Notes: generated by a model not told the origin, from the sequence alone. A stretch of DNA of 64,000 nucleotides from an uncultured Chlamydiae bacterium (GCA_963830365.1 CAWHMU010000016.1:15024-79023); one strand, 5' to 3'. Positions 46,847-58,022 are shown, numbered from the stretch's first letter. Translations and numbers: made by a program.

Positions 46847-46896
46847 CTGATTTGTCGGATGAACCAATTATTGCTAGCCGCGCTTGGTATATCAGC

Positions 46897-49206
46897 TTAC
46901 AATTTCGTATGGCGCAACCGCAGGGCATTTGCAATGACCGAGACAGAACTTAAGCTCATGGCTAAGGCGGCAATCATGGGATTGAGCAGCAAGCCGGTAA
47001 AAGGATACAGCAGGCCTGCGGCAATAGGAATGCCTAAGGCATTGTAAATAAAAGCAAAGAAAAGGTTTTGGCGGATATTTTTCATCATGGCACGGCTTAA
47101 GAGGATGGCCTGCGCAATGCCCAGCAAATCGCCTTTCAGCAAGGTCACATCAGCGCTTTCCATGGCTACATCGGTACCTGTGCCCATAGCGATGCCCACG
47201 TCGGCCGCGGCAAGGGCCGGGGCGTCATTGATGCCATCGCCGGCCATGGCGATAAATCCATCCCGCGCCTTGGCTTGTTGAATAAATAGTTGCTTGTATT
47301 CAGGTGCCACGCCGGCGTGTACTTCATCGATAGCTAATTTTTTGGCAACCGCTTGGGCCGTTTGTTCGCTATCGCCGGAAAGCATCACAATTTTTTTCCC
47401 CAGCCGGTGCAGCTGCTCGATGGCGGCAGGTGTCGAGCTTTTAATGGGGTCGCTGACGGAGATTAAACCAACGGCCTGGCCATCAATGGCCACAAATATC
47501 ACCGTTTGGGCTTGCTCTTCAAGCGACTGCGCTTGCTGCTGCAGTGCGGTAACGCCGGTAATTTTTCGGGCCTGCAAAAAGTTTGGCTGGCCTATCAAAA
47601 CATCGCGGCCTTCGACCCTGCCTATGACGCCGCCGCCCGTGAAAGACTGGAAATTCTCCACTTTAGGCAGGGTGAGGGATCTTTTTTTGGCGCCCTGCAC
47701 TATCGATGCCGCCAGGGGGTGTTCGCTATTTTGCTCGACGGCCGCGGCAAGGCGCAGTATTTCATTTTCTTTGCCAGGCGCATTTGAAAGCACTTCAGTC
47801 AGTTCCGGCTGGCCGGCTGTCAAGGTGCCTGTTTTATCAACCACGATGGTAGTAACTTTTTCTAGTTTCTCAAGCGCTTCAGCATTCTTAATCAAAACCC
47901 CGGCTTCAGCACCTCTGCCCATGCCCACCATGATAGACATGGGTGTGGCGAGCCCAAGAGCGCAAGGACAGGCGATGATTAGCACGGATACGCCATTGAC
48001 AAGGCCATAGACAAACGAAGGCTGCGGTCCGAGCCAGGCCCAAAGAATAAATGTCAACACGGCCACTAGCATGACGACAGGCACGAAATAACCTGCCACG
48101 GTATCGGCCAGGCTTTGAATAGGCGCCCGGCTGCGTTGGGCTTCGGCCACCATCTGCACGATGCGGGCTAACAGCGTTTCGCTGCCGATCTTTTCGGCTT
48201 GCATGATGAAGCTGCCTGTTTGATTAATCGTCCCTCCAATGACAGCACTGCCGACTTCTTTCTCTACCGGCATGGGCTCTCCGGTAACCATCGACTCGTC
48301 GATATTGCTTTTGCCTTCGATGATTTTGCCATCCACCGGGATCTTATCTCCCGGACGAACGCGCAGCCTGTCATCTACCTTTACCTGATCGATGGGGATT
48401 TCTTTTTCTTCCCCCTTCACAATGCGGCGGGCTGATTTGGCAGCCCTGCTCAATAGGGCTTTAATCGATTGATTTGTCTGGCTTCTGGCTTTCAGTTCAA
48501 GGACCTGGCCCAGCAGCACCAATACCGTGATCATGGCGGCGGACTCAAAGTATAGAGGGACTTGGCCGTGCAGCAGGAAGGAGGGGGGAAAGGCATCCGG
48601 GAAAAAGAAGGCCATGACACTGTAGAGGTAGGCCACACCGACACCCAAAGAAATCAAGCTGAACATATTAAGATGACGGTTGACTATCGAGCGCCAGCCC
48701 CGTTCAAAAAATGGCCAGCCCGCCCATAGGACCACGGGGGTGCTTAAGAGAAATTGCAGCCAGCGTGATAGCGTGCTGGAAATAAGATGCTCAAAACCGG
48801 GCAGCATGCTGCCCATGGCGAGTATAAGGACCGGAATCGAAAATGCCAATCCCAGCCAGAACCTGAGTCGCATTGATTTATATTCGGCATCATCGGCCGG
48901 AGTTTCAGTATTTTTAGGCTCCAGGGCCATACCGCAGATGGGGCAACTGCCCGGATGGTCTTGTACGATCTCCGGATGCATCGGACAGGTATATTCAGCC
49001 GTACTGCTCAGCGGTTTGTCAGGCGTCTGAGGAATGAGGTATTTGTCGGGATTTTGTTTAAAAAGCTCCAGGCAATGATGGCTGCAAAAAACATATTGCT
49101 GATTTTGATAGTCCGATTTAAAAGCGGCTTTTTCAGGATCGACATGCATGCCGCAAACAGGATCTTTAGTCATAGATACCGGCTGTAATTTAGAGCTCTG
49201 AGTCAC
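46897..49206 (-). CDS. copA: Copper-translocating P1B-type ATPase with YHS and heavy-metal-binding domains
   Basis: DPVCGM..FCS, YTCPMHP..CPICGM, TGE, CPC, DKTGT, SEHP, GDGIND, YN, MSLSS. Confidence 0.92.
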   Translation of the reverse strand: MTQSSKLQPVSMTKDPVCGMHVDPEKAAFKSDYQNQQYVFCSHHCLELFKQNPDKYLIPQTPDKPLSSTAEYTCPMHPEIVQDHPGSCPICGMALEPKNTETPADDAEYKSMRLRFWLGLAFSIPVLILAMGSMLPGFEHLISSTLSRWLQFLLSTPVVLWAGWPFFERGWRSIVNRHLNMFSLISLGVGVAYLYSVMAFFFPDAFPPSFLLHGQVPLYFESAAMITVLVLLGQVLELKARSQTNQSIKALLSRAAKSARRIVKGEEKEIPIDQVKVDDRLRVRPGDKIPVDGKIIEGKSNIDESMVTGEPMPVEKEVGSAVIGGTINQTGSFIMQAEKIGSETLLARIVQMVAEAQRSRAPIQSLADTVAGYFVPVVMLVAVLTFILWAWLGPQPSFVYGLVNGVSVLIIACPCALGLATPMSIMVGMGRGAEAGVLIKNAEALEKLEKVTTIVVDKTGTLTAGQPELTEVLSNAPGKENEILRLAAAVEQNSEHPLAASIVQGAKKRSLTLPKVENFQSFTGGGVIGRVEGRDVLIGQPNFLQARKITGVTALQQQAQSLEEQAQTVIFVAIDGQAVGLISVSDPIKSSTPAAIEQLHRLGKKIVMLSGDSEQTAQAVAKKLAIDEVHAGVAPEYKQLFIQQAKARDGFIAMAGDGINDAPALAAADVGIAMGTGTDVAMESADVTLLKGDLLGIAQAILLSRAMMKNIRQNLFFAFIYNALGIPIAAGLLYPFTGLLLNPMIAALAMSLSSVSVIANALRLRHTKL

Positions 49207-49239
49207 TTTTTAAAAAAGCACATGCACCGGGGCGTCTGC

Positions 49240-49434
49240 CTATGATTTATTTTTTTTGGTTTCATCCCGTTTTGCGGGACGATTTTTTTTTAGCGGCTGC
49301 TGATCTGCCAGGCGGATGATGTCATCCACATTGGCAGAAGGTGCAGCGGAAGGTTTCTTTTTCTCTATTGGATCGGAAAGAATGCTGTCGGCAACATCCC
49401 CAAGGCATCCTGTAAACTTTTTCTTGTGTTTCAT
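49240..49434 (-). CDS. Small basic hypothetical protein
   Basis: 64-aa ORF with GGAGG RBS, directly upstream of copA. Confidence 0.5.
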   Translation of the reverse strand: MKHKKKFTGCLGDVADSILSDPIEKKKPSAAPSANVDDIIRLADQQPLKKNRPAKRDETKKNKS

Positions 49435-49531
49435 GGTATGCCTCCGTTTTTGTCGCCATGCCCGGCACGCAGCGCCTTCCCAGCAGGAAAGGAGGACCGG
49501 GCATTTTCAGGTTTCCAGGGTTCAAGTTTCC

Positions 49532-49841
49532 GGTTCATCACGCAAATGAGTACCTAATTAACAAAACCCTAAGAGCAATCTCCATTTTTCTTCTCTGTGC
49601 CTCGGTGTCTCGGTGGTGAAGCTTTCCGTAACACTCTGATTGATAAGGCTATACATCCAGCAAGCAGATTTCACCACAGAGGCACAGAGTCACAGAGTCA
49701 CAGAGAAGGTCGGGGAAAACCTCATGGGTACTCATTTGCGTGATTAGCCTTAATAAATTGTCTGCTTCTCTTTTTCAACTAGTCTAAACTAGGTCCTTTT
49801 CTCCGTTCTCCTCGGTCAGGTACTCATTTGCGCGATGAGCC
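49532..49841. mobile_element. 310-bp composite MITE family B
   Basis: Same TIRs as 46123; TSD AAGTTTCC; sits inside a 15-bp tandem repeat tca(g/a)gtttccaggg(t/c). Confidence 0.85.
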
Positions 49842-49868
49842 AAGTTTCCAGGGCTCAGGTTTCCAGGG

Positions 49869-50093
49869 CTATAAATTGCCCTCTTCCTTTCGTTTTTTTG
49901 CTTCTTCTGGGCTGAGCGCCTCTTCTTCATCATAGTATTGATCGTCTTCATTATCGCCTCTTTCTTCCGAGGGGGTCATGAATGGTTGTCCCAAATGATC
50001 GCTAGGTCCATTTTCGACATCATGGTCGAAATTAAGCGGCTTTGGATCATTCGTATCATAATCATGGATTTTATTCTTTTTTTTATGTGCCAT
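49869..50093 (-). CDS. Small acidic hypothetical protein
   Basis: ATG 50093 preceded by GGAGG; highly charged 74-aa product. Confidence 0.55.
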   Translation of the reverse strand: MAHKKKNKIHDYDTNDPKPLNFDHDVENGPSDHLGQPFMTPSEERGDNEDDQYYDEEEALSPEEAKKRKEEGNL

Positions 50094-50351
50094 ACCACCT
50101 CCAAGAATGCAGATTAGCTCTTCTCTACAGAATAAAGTAACCGGAGTTATTATATCTATACAAATATCTTTAATTCGCGTTTCTGCGCCAGCTCTTCTCC
50201 CGGCCACAATGGCAGCTGCGACCAGGGCCGCTGTTTGCTACTGGGAACTTCAAGTACCCTTGCGCACAGGACTTGATGGCATGGGGCAATCTCCGGTATT
50301 TGCTTGTCCCCATAGCAGCACATATACCATGATATAGGGGTTATACAGTGA

Positions 50352-50816
50352 TTAAGGCTCTTTGGCCGTCACTTGTACATTTTCTTTTACGGCAAAGTTT
50401 ACTGAATTGATGATGTAGCATTTGTCATGGGCTTGCTGTTGCAGCGCTATAGCATCTGCAATGCGACTAGGGTCGGTAATTACAATCTGGGGATTCAAGG
50501 CGGCTTCGGCAAAGGCGCTCTTTCCATTTGGGTCGATATTCAGAATCCCCGTTGGATGGTCCTTATATTCGATAACCACAATTTTGGCGGCCGCGCAAAG
50601 ATATAAATACCATAGCATATGGCAGGAGGCTAAAGAAGCCAGCAGCATCTCTTCCGGATTCCACTTCGTGGTGTCTCCGCGTGACGCCGGATCGGCCGAG
50701 CCGGCAATCTCGGTTTTCCCATTGCCTGACAAGATATAAGAACGATCATAAGTACGGGGATCTTCGGTTTTTCCTGTCCAGCTAAGATCTAACGCATAAG
50801 CATGTTGATTCGTCAT
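50352..50816 (-). CDS. OsmC/Ohr family protein
   Basis: NPEEMLLASLASCHML and AHDKCYIINSV two-Cys motifs. Confidence 0.88.
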   Translation of the reverse strand: MTNQHAYALDLSWTGKTEDPRTYDRSYILSGNGKTEIAGSADPASRGDTTKWNPEEMLLASLASCHMLWYLYLCAAAKIVVIEYKDHPTGILNIDPNGKSAFAEAALNPQIVITDPSRIADAIALQQQAHDKCYIINSVNFAVKENVQVTAKEP

Positions 50817-50860
50817 AACCCTTCCTTATAAAGATTGATTCGTCATACTTTTTTTTACTG

Positions 50861-51103
50861 CTAAGGCTTCAATTTGTTATATAGCCATGCTAAAAGAAAC
50901 AAGCCAAAAAAAGCATCAAGGAAGCCATAAATGAGGCCCACGATAGCTCCCCACAATGAAATCGTATAGCCGGGATATATATCGGCCATCATTTCTAAAA
51001 ACTTTGCAGAATACCCGTTGTATATGGCGAGCATGGTGCAGACGAACATGCACAAGCCCCATACCACCCCGCCTGCAATCCCTAACTTCACCGGATTCAA
51101 CAT
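50861..51103 (-). CDS. Small two-TM membrane protein
   Basis: 80 aa, IYPGY..GAIVGLIYGFLD..WLYN; GGAGG RBS. Confidence 0.65.
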   Translation of the reverse strand: MLNPVKLGIAGGVVWGLCMFVCTMLAIYNGYSAKFLEMMADIYPGYTISLWGAIVGLIYGFLDAFFGLFLLAWLYNKLKP

Positions 51104-51172
51104 AATCCCCTCCTTAGTTTAAGCTAAATGTATGACTTTCTGATTTTAAAGGAAAGAGTTACCATAAAAATT

Positions 51173-52383
51173 GGTTCATCACACAAATAAGTACCTATCC
51201 GAGAGGATTCGTAAAAAATCCTTAGTCATGGATGGTTGGAAAAAGAGAAGTACTAATTTATTTGTAAGATTCTCTTTGAAACACATCGGCATGCTAGCAC
51301 AGCAGGTCTAGTCAGCCTCGATAGAGGCGGCAGCATGTAGCCATAGGTATCAACCTATGGCATAAAATGTGACAAAAAGAGCGCCGTGAATACGGCGACA
51401 GCAATGTCGAGGGAAGCTGAATTAGTGCGATTAGTATAGCATCTAACATCCTTTGGGTCATCACACAAATGAGTGGTTGACAGAGATGACTACTCAAGAA
51501 TTTATGACATGAAAGGACTTTGAGGGTTGGGGTCAGGCTTGTGATTTGTGATTTGAAAGTCCTAAATACATTAGAAAGCCCGACTCCTTTCAAATCGCAA
51601 ATCGCAAGCCTGACCTCAACCCGTTCAGCAAAGCCTGCATGATGAGTTTTTGAGGTTCATCCGGTTTTATCCTAGAAACGGCAGTTGCCCCTAGAAAATC
51701 TGCCCAATCTATTTGGTTGCAGCGGTTTGCGAAAAACAGAGCCTCACCGATTTGGTGATGTCCCTGTCTTTCGCAAACCGTTGCAACCAAAAATCTTGAA
51801 CACCTTTTCACATGCTCAACTGCCATTTCTAAGTTTATAGGACCCACCTAGAAAAGGATGCGTAGAAATGGGGAAATGTAGGTAACACATCGGAGCAAAA
51901 ATAACAGGATATTAGGATGGACAGGATGAAAGATTTAAACTTTAGTTTGCCAACTTTGCGATTTACGTACGTCTTGGGTGATCATCCTATTTTTCATATC
52001 CTGACCATCGTAATATCCTGTTATTTTTGCTTGCTCTTTTCTCTTTACAAGTCCAGCAAAACCGGAAGAACCGTTTTTGAGATGTTAGCTCTGTCAACCA
52101 CTCGTTTGTGTGATGACCCCATCCTTTAGTCATTGCTGCCGCCGTATTCACGGCTTTGTTTCTAAACATGCGATTACCACACGCTGACGCATGTGGCTAC
52201 ATGCTTCCGCCTCTAGCGAGGCTTTAAAATTGTTCTCATAGCTTGTGCCCTATCTCTTGTATGGCAGTGCCAACTCAAATCCTTCCTTCACAGGATCGAA
52301 CGTGCAATTTGCCATTTTGTATGATTTATTTAACATCCTCCATTAGTTTACATATGGGGAGGTACGCGATTGTGCGATGAACC
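51173..52383. mobile_element. Family A copy 5, carrying three further nested MITEs
   Basis: Outer ends GGTTCATCACACAAATAAGTACC / GGTACGCGATTGTGCGATGAACC; inserts 51455-52119, 51654-52072, 51671-51833, each with its own TSD. Confidence 0.85.
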
Positions 52384-52523
52384 ATGTGAACGAATGGGGT
52401 CAGGCTTGGTATTTTGGTATTTTTCTGGCGCTGTTTGACTTTTTTCTATAGATAATGACAAAAAAAAGACGCATCACTTTTGTTCAGATGTGCACCCGCG
52501 GATGAAGTTCCCTATCTCAGCCA

Positions 52524-53147
52524 CTACACCCCGTGGTTGACGACCGGCGAATAGAGGCCGGCGGCCTCGATAAAGGTTAACTTGTGACCATCGGATTGCA
52601 CCTTGATGGAGCCTAGATTGTGGAAGCGCGCATTAAAGAACGCCTCTATCCCTAGGTGATAGATCAACCCTTTGAGTACGCCCCCATGCGTCACCACCAG
52701 CACAGATTTCCCGAGAAATGCCGCCGCCGTTTCATGCAGAAATGGCTCTACCCGGCAAACCACTTGTCTATGGCTCTCGACGCCCGGCACGCGATGCGCT
52801 TCATTCCCCGTGTAGGCATTAAATTCGCTGCCGAACTGCTGCCGCATGAGGTCGAAAGGCTTCCCTTCCCAAGGGCCCCACGACTGCTCGCGCAATAAGG
52901 ATGTGGTTTGCAGAGGGATCTTATGCTCTTTTGTCAGGATGAGCGCTGTCTGCCTGGCCCGGCTTAGGTCTGAAGAAAAAGCCGCAGCAAAGGGAGCGCC
53001 TTGCAACGACTCGGCGCAAGTCTTTGCTTGCTTTTCACCAACGGACGAAAGGGCGATATCGGTATGCCCCTGCGCAATCCCCTGTTGATTCCATGCCGTC
53101 TCGCCGTGGCGGAAAAGATGGAACGTGCATACCTGATTTCTTTTCAT
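52524..53147 (-). CDS. Histidine phosphatase (phosphoglycerate mutase family)
   Basis: RHGET, SSDLSRARQT, LRE..GPWEG, VTHGG. Confidence 0.88.
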   Translation of the reverse strand: MKRNQVCTFHLFRHGETAWNQQGIAQGHTDIALSSVGEKQAKTCAESLQGAPFAAAFSSDLSRARQTALILTKEHKIPLQTTSLLREQSWGPWEGKPFDLMRQQFGSEFNAYTGNEAHRVPGVESHRQVVCRVEPFLHETAAAFLGKSVLVVTHGGVLKGLIYHLGIEAFFNARFHNLGSIKVQSDGHKLTFIEAAGLYSPVVNHGV

Positions 53148-53538
53148 TTTCTCTCCGATATATCTCATTAATTAGTAACAACATTCAAAAATATTCAACC
53201 CCAAGAAACAGCCAAGCGCGCAAAGAAAACAAGCAATAACAATAAAAGAACAGGATGGCAGGATAGTCAGGATAAACACAGCCAAAGGAAAGTAAGCCCT
53301 AGCCGGGATCGATATCTATCTCTCGGATTGCCAAAGCAATCCAAGGCACGGCCTCACAGCGACAGTCATCTTCTCTGTTGCCGCCCGGGTTTATCTTGTC
53401 TATCGTGCCATCCTGTTCTTATATTTTACGGCCTGTTTCTTTGCGCCTTTGCGTCTCTTGGCTGTTTCTTTGCGTTGATTTTTTTTATTTACCAGCTCTT
53501 CTTGACAACCACATTGTATTTCATTTTTTCCCTGATGC

Positions 53539-54351
53539 CTAGCCGCGGCGCTGGCGGATCAGCTCGAGCATGCGCCGTTGCGTCGGTTCCAGCACGACGG
53601 TCAAGCCAGGCTTAATCCCCTGCTCCGACAATTCAAAGGCTTTCATGGTGTTGCAGATGCGGCCGTCGAGCCTGACACCCACGCCTTTGATGCCCACCAT
53701 ATTGCCAAGATCGCCGAACATCTCAAGCGTCATCTCACAGGCCGTAATCAGGAATAAGATGCGCCTTTGCGGATTGGCCTCCACGATATCAAGGATTTTG
53801 CCGCCGATGTAATGGATGGTAGGGATGAATAGCGGCACGCTATTGCCGGCAGGCAGGGCATTGACGCATTTGCCGATAAAGCACTGCCGGCAGACCGGGT
53901 TGTCTGCCGCATGCATGCAGGCATCGGTGAAGCGTCCGGAAGGGCATTCGAAAGGCTTGTGGCAATAGGAAAAACCCGCCACCAGCAAGGCCGCCTGATC
54001 TTCAAGCAGGCGGCCAAATTCAGCCACATCTTTAATGCCATAAAGGAAAAAGTCCCCGTCCCTGGCATAGGATTTGCGGCCTAGAAGTGAGCGCAATAGT
54101 CCCCACCCATAGCGCAACGGATGCTTTAAGAATTTCCGGATGAGCGTGCCATGCTCATCCTTGGCGATCATCCACTTAAAGGACTTCCACTTCAGGTGTT
54201 TGGCGGCATCTTCGGTCATGCCCGGCATGTTGGGCAAACGCGTTAGGCCCTTGATGGGCTGCTGGCAGGCCGCTGCCTTGGCACCGGCGTCCCAACTCTT
54301 TTCCGCCTGCTCCCACGAAGAGTGGGCATCCCACATTTTCAATTTCGTCAT
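53539..54351 (-). CDS. Cys-rich conserved hypothetical protein (DUF116-like)
   Basis: GFSYCHKPFECP, CRQCFIGKC, ITACE, GVRLDGRIC; start codon uncertain. Confidence 0.55.
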   Translation of the reverse strand: MTKLKMWDAHSSWEQAEKSWDAGAKAAACQQPIKGLTRLPNMPGMTEDAAKHLKWKSFKWMIAKDEHGTLIRKFLKHPLRYGWGLLRSLLGRKSYARDGDFFLYGIKDVAEFGRLLEDQAALLVAGFSYCHKPFECPSGRFTDACMHAADNPVCRQCFIGKCVNALPAGNSVPLFIPTIHYIGGKILDIVEANPQRRILFLITACEMTLEMFGDLGNMVGIKGVGVRLDGRICNTMKAFELSEQGIKPGLTVVLEPTQRRMLELIRQRRG

Positions 54352-54405
54352 ATGCCCTCTTAGTGGTATAATGCTGCACACATTATTCACTTACGGTTTA
54401 AGTAC

Positions 54406-57147
54406 ATGGGAGAATTGATCTATACAATCGATAAAGATCGCTCGGAAGAGGATAACACGCTGGTCATTAAAATTCAAGTGGCCGAGCGCGACGGCTTCAT
54501 CCTTAAACCTGTTAAGGATCAACACGTTTTGACACGCGAGCGCCTGCAGCGCCTGATGACCGCTAAAGACACCGCCCTCATGCCTCTGATGATCAAAGAA
54601 GAAGCGGCCTATTTAAAGAAGACCACCGGCCGCAGCCCGGATGAAAACAAAGTCCCCTTCAACGTCATCCACCTATCGCCCGCCACCACCCCCCAAGTCC
54701 TAAAACTCTTTGCCATGAGCGGCAAATTATATTGCCATGACAAGCCGCTCGTCATCGATCTTTTCGGCAAAACAGAATTCTACTACACCGTCGACACCTC
54801 CACCGCCAAACCGGTCGCAAAAGGTCATATCAAAGCCGGCGCGCAAGACTTCGCCATCGAAAGCTGCGACTTCATCGGCCGCGGCCCCCCGCATTTTTAT
54901 GTCAAAGGCATCAATCTGAAACTCATCGCCACCGACATCTCTTGGAAAGACCTCAAAGCCGCCTATGAGGAAAAAAGCCGTGCCGTGCCAGAACTCATCG
55001 AAGAAGCGGAACAGGAAACGGAAGCTCCACGCGTCATCCTCAATGGCGCGTTGTCTATCGCCCAGCCTGAACCCCTCCCCATGCTGCTGTTGAAAGACCG
55101 CTTGGGCGCTTTTGCCGACCTGTGGATGAACTATGGCGACGACTCGGCACCGATTCCCTACCACGATCCGCGCAACAACGTGGAAAGAAATGGCCAGCCC
55201 TTCTGCAAAAGGAATATGCGCAGCGAGCAAGGATGGGAAAAAGACCTGCTGGAAACAGGCTTCATTAAAAAGCCTGTCGGCACCAGCAACTATTACTGCA
55301 TGCTGGACAAAGTAGCCAAAAGCCTTGCTTTCCTGCTTGAAATAGGCTGGCAGGTGCGCGACTGGCAAGGCCATACCGTCGTGCAGCAGCGCCAGGTGGC
55401 GCTGCTGGCAGAAGTTCAGGGCGCTGACATCCTCATCAAGGGCAAAGTGCATTACGGCAATTTCGAAGCCGACGTAAGCACTATCGTCGGGGCGTTCAAC
55501 CGTCGCGAACGCTTCGCCGAGATCGCCCCCGGCCATGTGGCCCTGCTGCCGAATGGTTTTGAGCAGGACGGACTTGACGCCCTGATCGAAGAGGGCGAAG
55601 TCATCGGCGACGCCATCCGACTGAAACGCAATAACATCGGCGCGCTGGCAGGTCTTTTCGAAAAATATCCACAGATAGGACTGGACAAAGGCATACAGCA
55701 GCTAAGAGATAGGCTGGACACCTTTCAGGGCATTGCTACGGCAATGCCGGGAGCCGGATTTTGCGGCACGCTGCGCCCCTACCAGCAGGAGGGGCTCAAC
55801 TGGCTGTCGTTTCTCTACGATTTCGATTTCCACGGCTTCCTGGCCGACGACATGGGCCTTGGCAAGACGGTGCAGGTGCTGGCATTCCTGTCGCGGCTTG
55901 AGCTTAGCGCCCCGGTACTTATCGTGCTGCCCACCTCGTTGATTTTCAACTGGCAGAAGGAAATCGAAAAGTTCTTGCCCGCAAGGCGCGTGATCGTCCA
56001 CCACGGCCCAAAACGCCAGCAAACCCTCGCCCCCTTGGCGGCCGCCCAGATCATTCTGACCTCCTACACCATGGCGCGGCTGGATTTTGGTTTGCTATCG
56101 CAGCTCTCCTACGCCTGCCTGATCCTCGATGAGGCCCAAGCCATCAAGAATGCCCATACCCAGACCGCCCAGGCGCTGATGAAATACACTAGCCGCTTCC
56201 GCCTCTCTATCACCGGCACGCCTGTCGAAAATAATCTAATGGAATTGTGGTCCCATTTCCGCTTCCTCATCCCCGATTTGTTTGGCGAGGAGTCGGCTTT
56301 CAATGCCGAAATCCAGGCCGGCATGTCCGACCCCCGCTTTTTAAAGCGCATCAAGAAGAAGATCCGTCCCTTCCTGCTCAGGCGCCGCAAAGAAGACGTC
56401 GCCAAAGATCTGCCGGAGAAAATTGAACAGGTGGTATGGATTGAAATGCAGGAAGCCCAGCGCGCCCTCTATGAGGAATTCCTCGCGGGCGTGCGCCGTA
56501 ACCTGATCCGCAAAATCGATCTGGACGGCGCCGGCAAGCACCGCATGGCGATGCTGGAAGCCATCATGCGCCTGCGCCAAATCTGCTGCCATCCGCTGTT
56601 AGTAGGTGGCGGCGGCGAAGACGCGCAAGCGGCGGTAGAAAGTGCCAAGCTCGACGCGCTGCTGCAAGATCTGGACACCGCCGTGGCCGAAAAGCGCAAA
56701 GTGCTGGTCTACAGCCAGTTCACTTCCATGCTCTCCCTCATCGGCGCCCAGCTGAAAGCCCGCGGCTATCACTACGCCTACCTCGACGGCAGCACCCAGA
56801 ACCGCGAAAAAGTCGTCACCGCCTTCCAGCAAGATCCCGAGCTGCTGATCTTTTTGATCAGCTTGAAAGCCGGCGGTGTAGGACTCAACTTGACGGCTGC
56901 CGACTACGTCTTCCTCTATGACCCGTGGTGGAATGCGGCGGTAGAAAATCAGGCCATCGACCGGGCGCACCGCATCGGCCGCCACGACACCGTGGTTGCC
57001 AAACGCTATATCATGGCCGAAAGTATCGAAGAAAAAATGATGAAACTGAAGTCAGCCAAAAGCGCCCTTGCCGCCGACATCCTGGACGACGATGGCCAAG
57101 CCACCGCCGCCCTAAGCTCTGACGACCTGCTCTTCCTGCTGAGCTAG
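54406..57147 (+). CDS. SNF2/SWI2-family helicase
   Basis: LRPYQ, LADDMGLGKT, DEAQ, TGTPVEN, YSQFT, SLKAGGVGLNLT, QAIDRAHRIG. Confidence 0.93.
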   Translation: MGELIYTIDKDRSEEDNTLVIKIQVAERDGFILKPVKDQHVLTRERLQRLMTAKDTALMPLMIKEEAAYLKKTTGRSPDENKVPFNVIHLSPATTPQVLKLFAMSGKLYCHDKPLVIDLFGKTEFYYTVDTSTAKPVAKGHIKAGAQDFAIESCDFIGRGPPHFYVKGINLKLIATDISWKDLKAAYEEKSRAVPELIEEAEQETEAPRVILNGALSIAQPEPLPMLLLKDRLGAFADLWMNYGDDSAPIPYHDPRNNVERNGQPFCKRNMRSEQGWEKDLLETGFIKKPVGTSNYYCMLDKVAKSLAFLLEIGWQVRDWQGHTVVQQRQVALLAEVQGADILIKGKVHYGNFEADVSTIVGAFNRRERFAEIAPGHVALLPNGFEQDGLDALIEEGEVIGDAIRLKRNNIGALAGLFEKYPQIGLDKGIQQLRDRLDTFQGIATAMPGAGFCGTLRPYQQEGLNWLSFLYDFDFHGFLADDMGLGKTVQVLAFLSRLELSAPVLIVLPTSLIFNWQKEIEKFLPARRVIVHHGPKRQQTLAPLAAAQIILTSYTMARLDFGLLSQLSYACLILDEAQAIKNAHTQTAQALMKYTSRFRLSITGTPVENNLMELWSHFRFLIPDLFGEESAFNAEIQAGMSDPRFLKRIKKKIRPFLLRRRKEDVAKDLPEKIEQVVWIEMQEAQRALYEEFLAGVRRNLIRKIDLDGAGKHRMAMLEAIMRLRQICCHPLLVGGGGEDAQAAVESAKLDALLQDLDTAVAEKRKVLVYSQFTSMLSLIGAQLKARGYHYAYLDGSTQNREKVVTAFQQDPELLIFLISLKAGGVGLNLTAADYVFLYDPWWNAAVENQAIDRAHRIGRHDTVVAKRYIMAESIEEKMMKLKSAKSALAADILDDDGQATAALSSDDLLFLLS

Positions 57148-57155
57148 TATGACGG

Positions 57156-57356
57156 CTAGGCGTTTTGTTCGGATTCATCGATGTCGAGGTTGAGCCCCTT
57201 ATCGATGATTTCTTGCGCGGTGGCTTTTACCGTGACCAACCCTTGCGAAAATCCCAAGACGCGCATCAGATGGTCCACATAGCTTACTTCGGCACTTAGC
57301 TGATCGTTAACAGATTCCAGCAGGGCTATCTTTCTAAGCAGTTGAGTTTTAGTCAT
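57156..57356 (-). CDS. Small hypothetical protein
   Basis: GGAGGA RBS before ATG 57356; 66-aa helical product MTKTQLLRKIALLESVNDQL. Confidence 0.6.
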   Translation of the reverse strand: MTKTQLLRKIALLESVNDQLSAEVSYVDHLMRVLGFSQGLVTVKATAQEIIDKGLNLDIDESEQNA

Positions 57357-57500
57357 CTGATCCTCCTTGGTTATCCAGTGTCCAGTGACAGCACTACAAG
57401 TGCAACTTGCATGCCAGGCGATCTTTCGACCTAGCATACAGGTCCCTATGCTTCTATTTAACCTCATGATTATTAACGGCGTATAAAGATAACGTTGGCA

Positions 57501-58022
57501 TCAGGTAAATTTACTCGCGCCTTCAAAGGCCAAGAGGGTCTGCTTGATCTCCGGACCGCCAGAGAATCCACCCAGGCCGCCATCAGCCGCCACGACACGG
57601 TGGCAGGGGATGAGCAGCAGACAGGGGTTGCGGCCGCACGCACCGCCGACCGCCCGTGCACCGCGTGGCTTGTCCGCTGCCAAGGCCAGCTGCTGGTAAG
57701 ACAACGTCTTGCCAAAAGGCTGCTGCTGCAAAATTCCAAGCACCTGCCGGGTAAATGGCGGCAAACCTTCCAGTAACAATGGTAGAGAGACCGCTGGTTG
57801 CTCCCGCCGGCAATAGCTGTCCACCCATGCTTCGATCTTGACGGCCAGCGCCGCGTCCTGCTTGCCCAGAATTTCCCAGGCAAAACCCTGCGGCGGTGGC
57901 CGCATAGTCAACTGCACGCCGGTGACGCCTTTATCACTGAGATGAAACGCGGCCTTGATGGGAGGGCCGTCTGGCCGCCGGCCTGAAAAAAGGGATGGAT
58001 GGGACATCAAATTCTGCGGCAT
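57501..58022 (-). CDS. ogt: Methylated-DNA--protein-cysteine methyltransferase
   Basis: RAVGGACGRNP..IPCHRV active-site motif. Confidence 0.88.
   Translation of the reverse strand: MPQNLMSHPSLFSGRRPDGPPIKAAFHLSDKGVTGVQLTMRPPPQGFAWEILGKQDAALAVKIEAWVDSYCRREQPAVSLPLLLEGLPPFTRQVLGILQQQPFGKTLSYQQLALAADKPRGARAVGGACGRNPCLLLIPCHRVVAADGGLGGFSGGPEIKQTLLAFEGASKFT

Noticed and set aside
46123..49841. Composite transposon carrying copA between two family B copies
   Set aside because: Each copy has its own distinct TSD (CTGATTTG, AAGTTTCC), so they are independent insertions.
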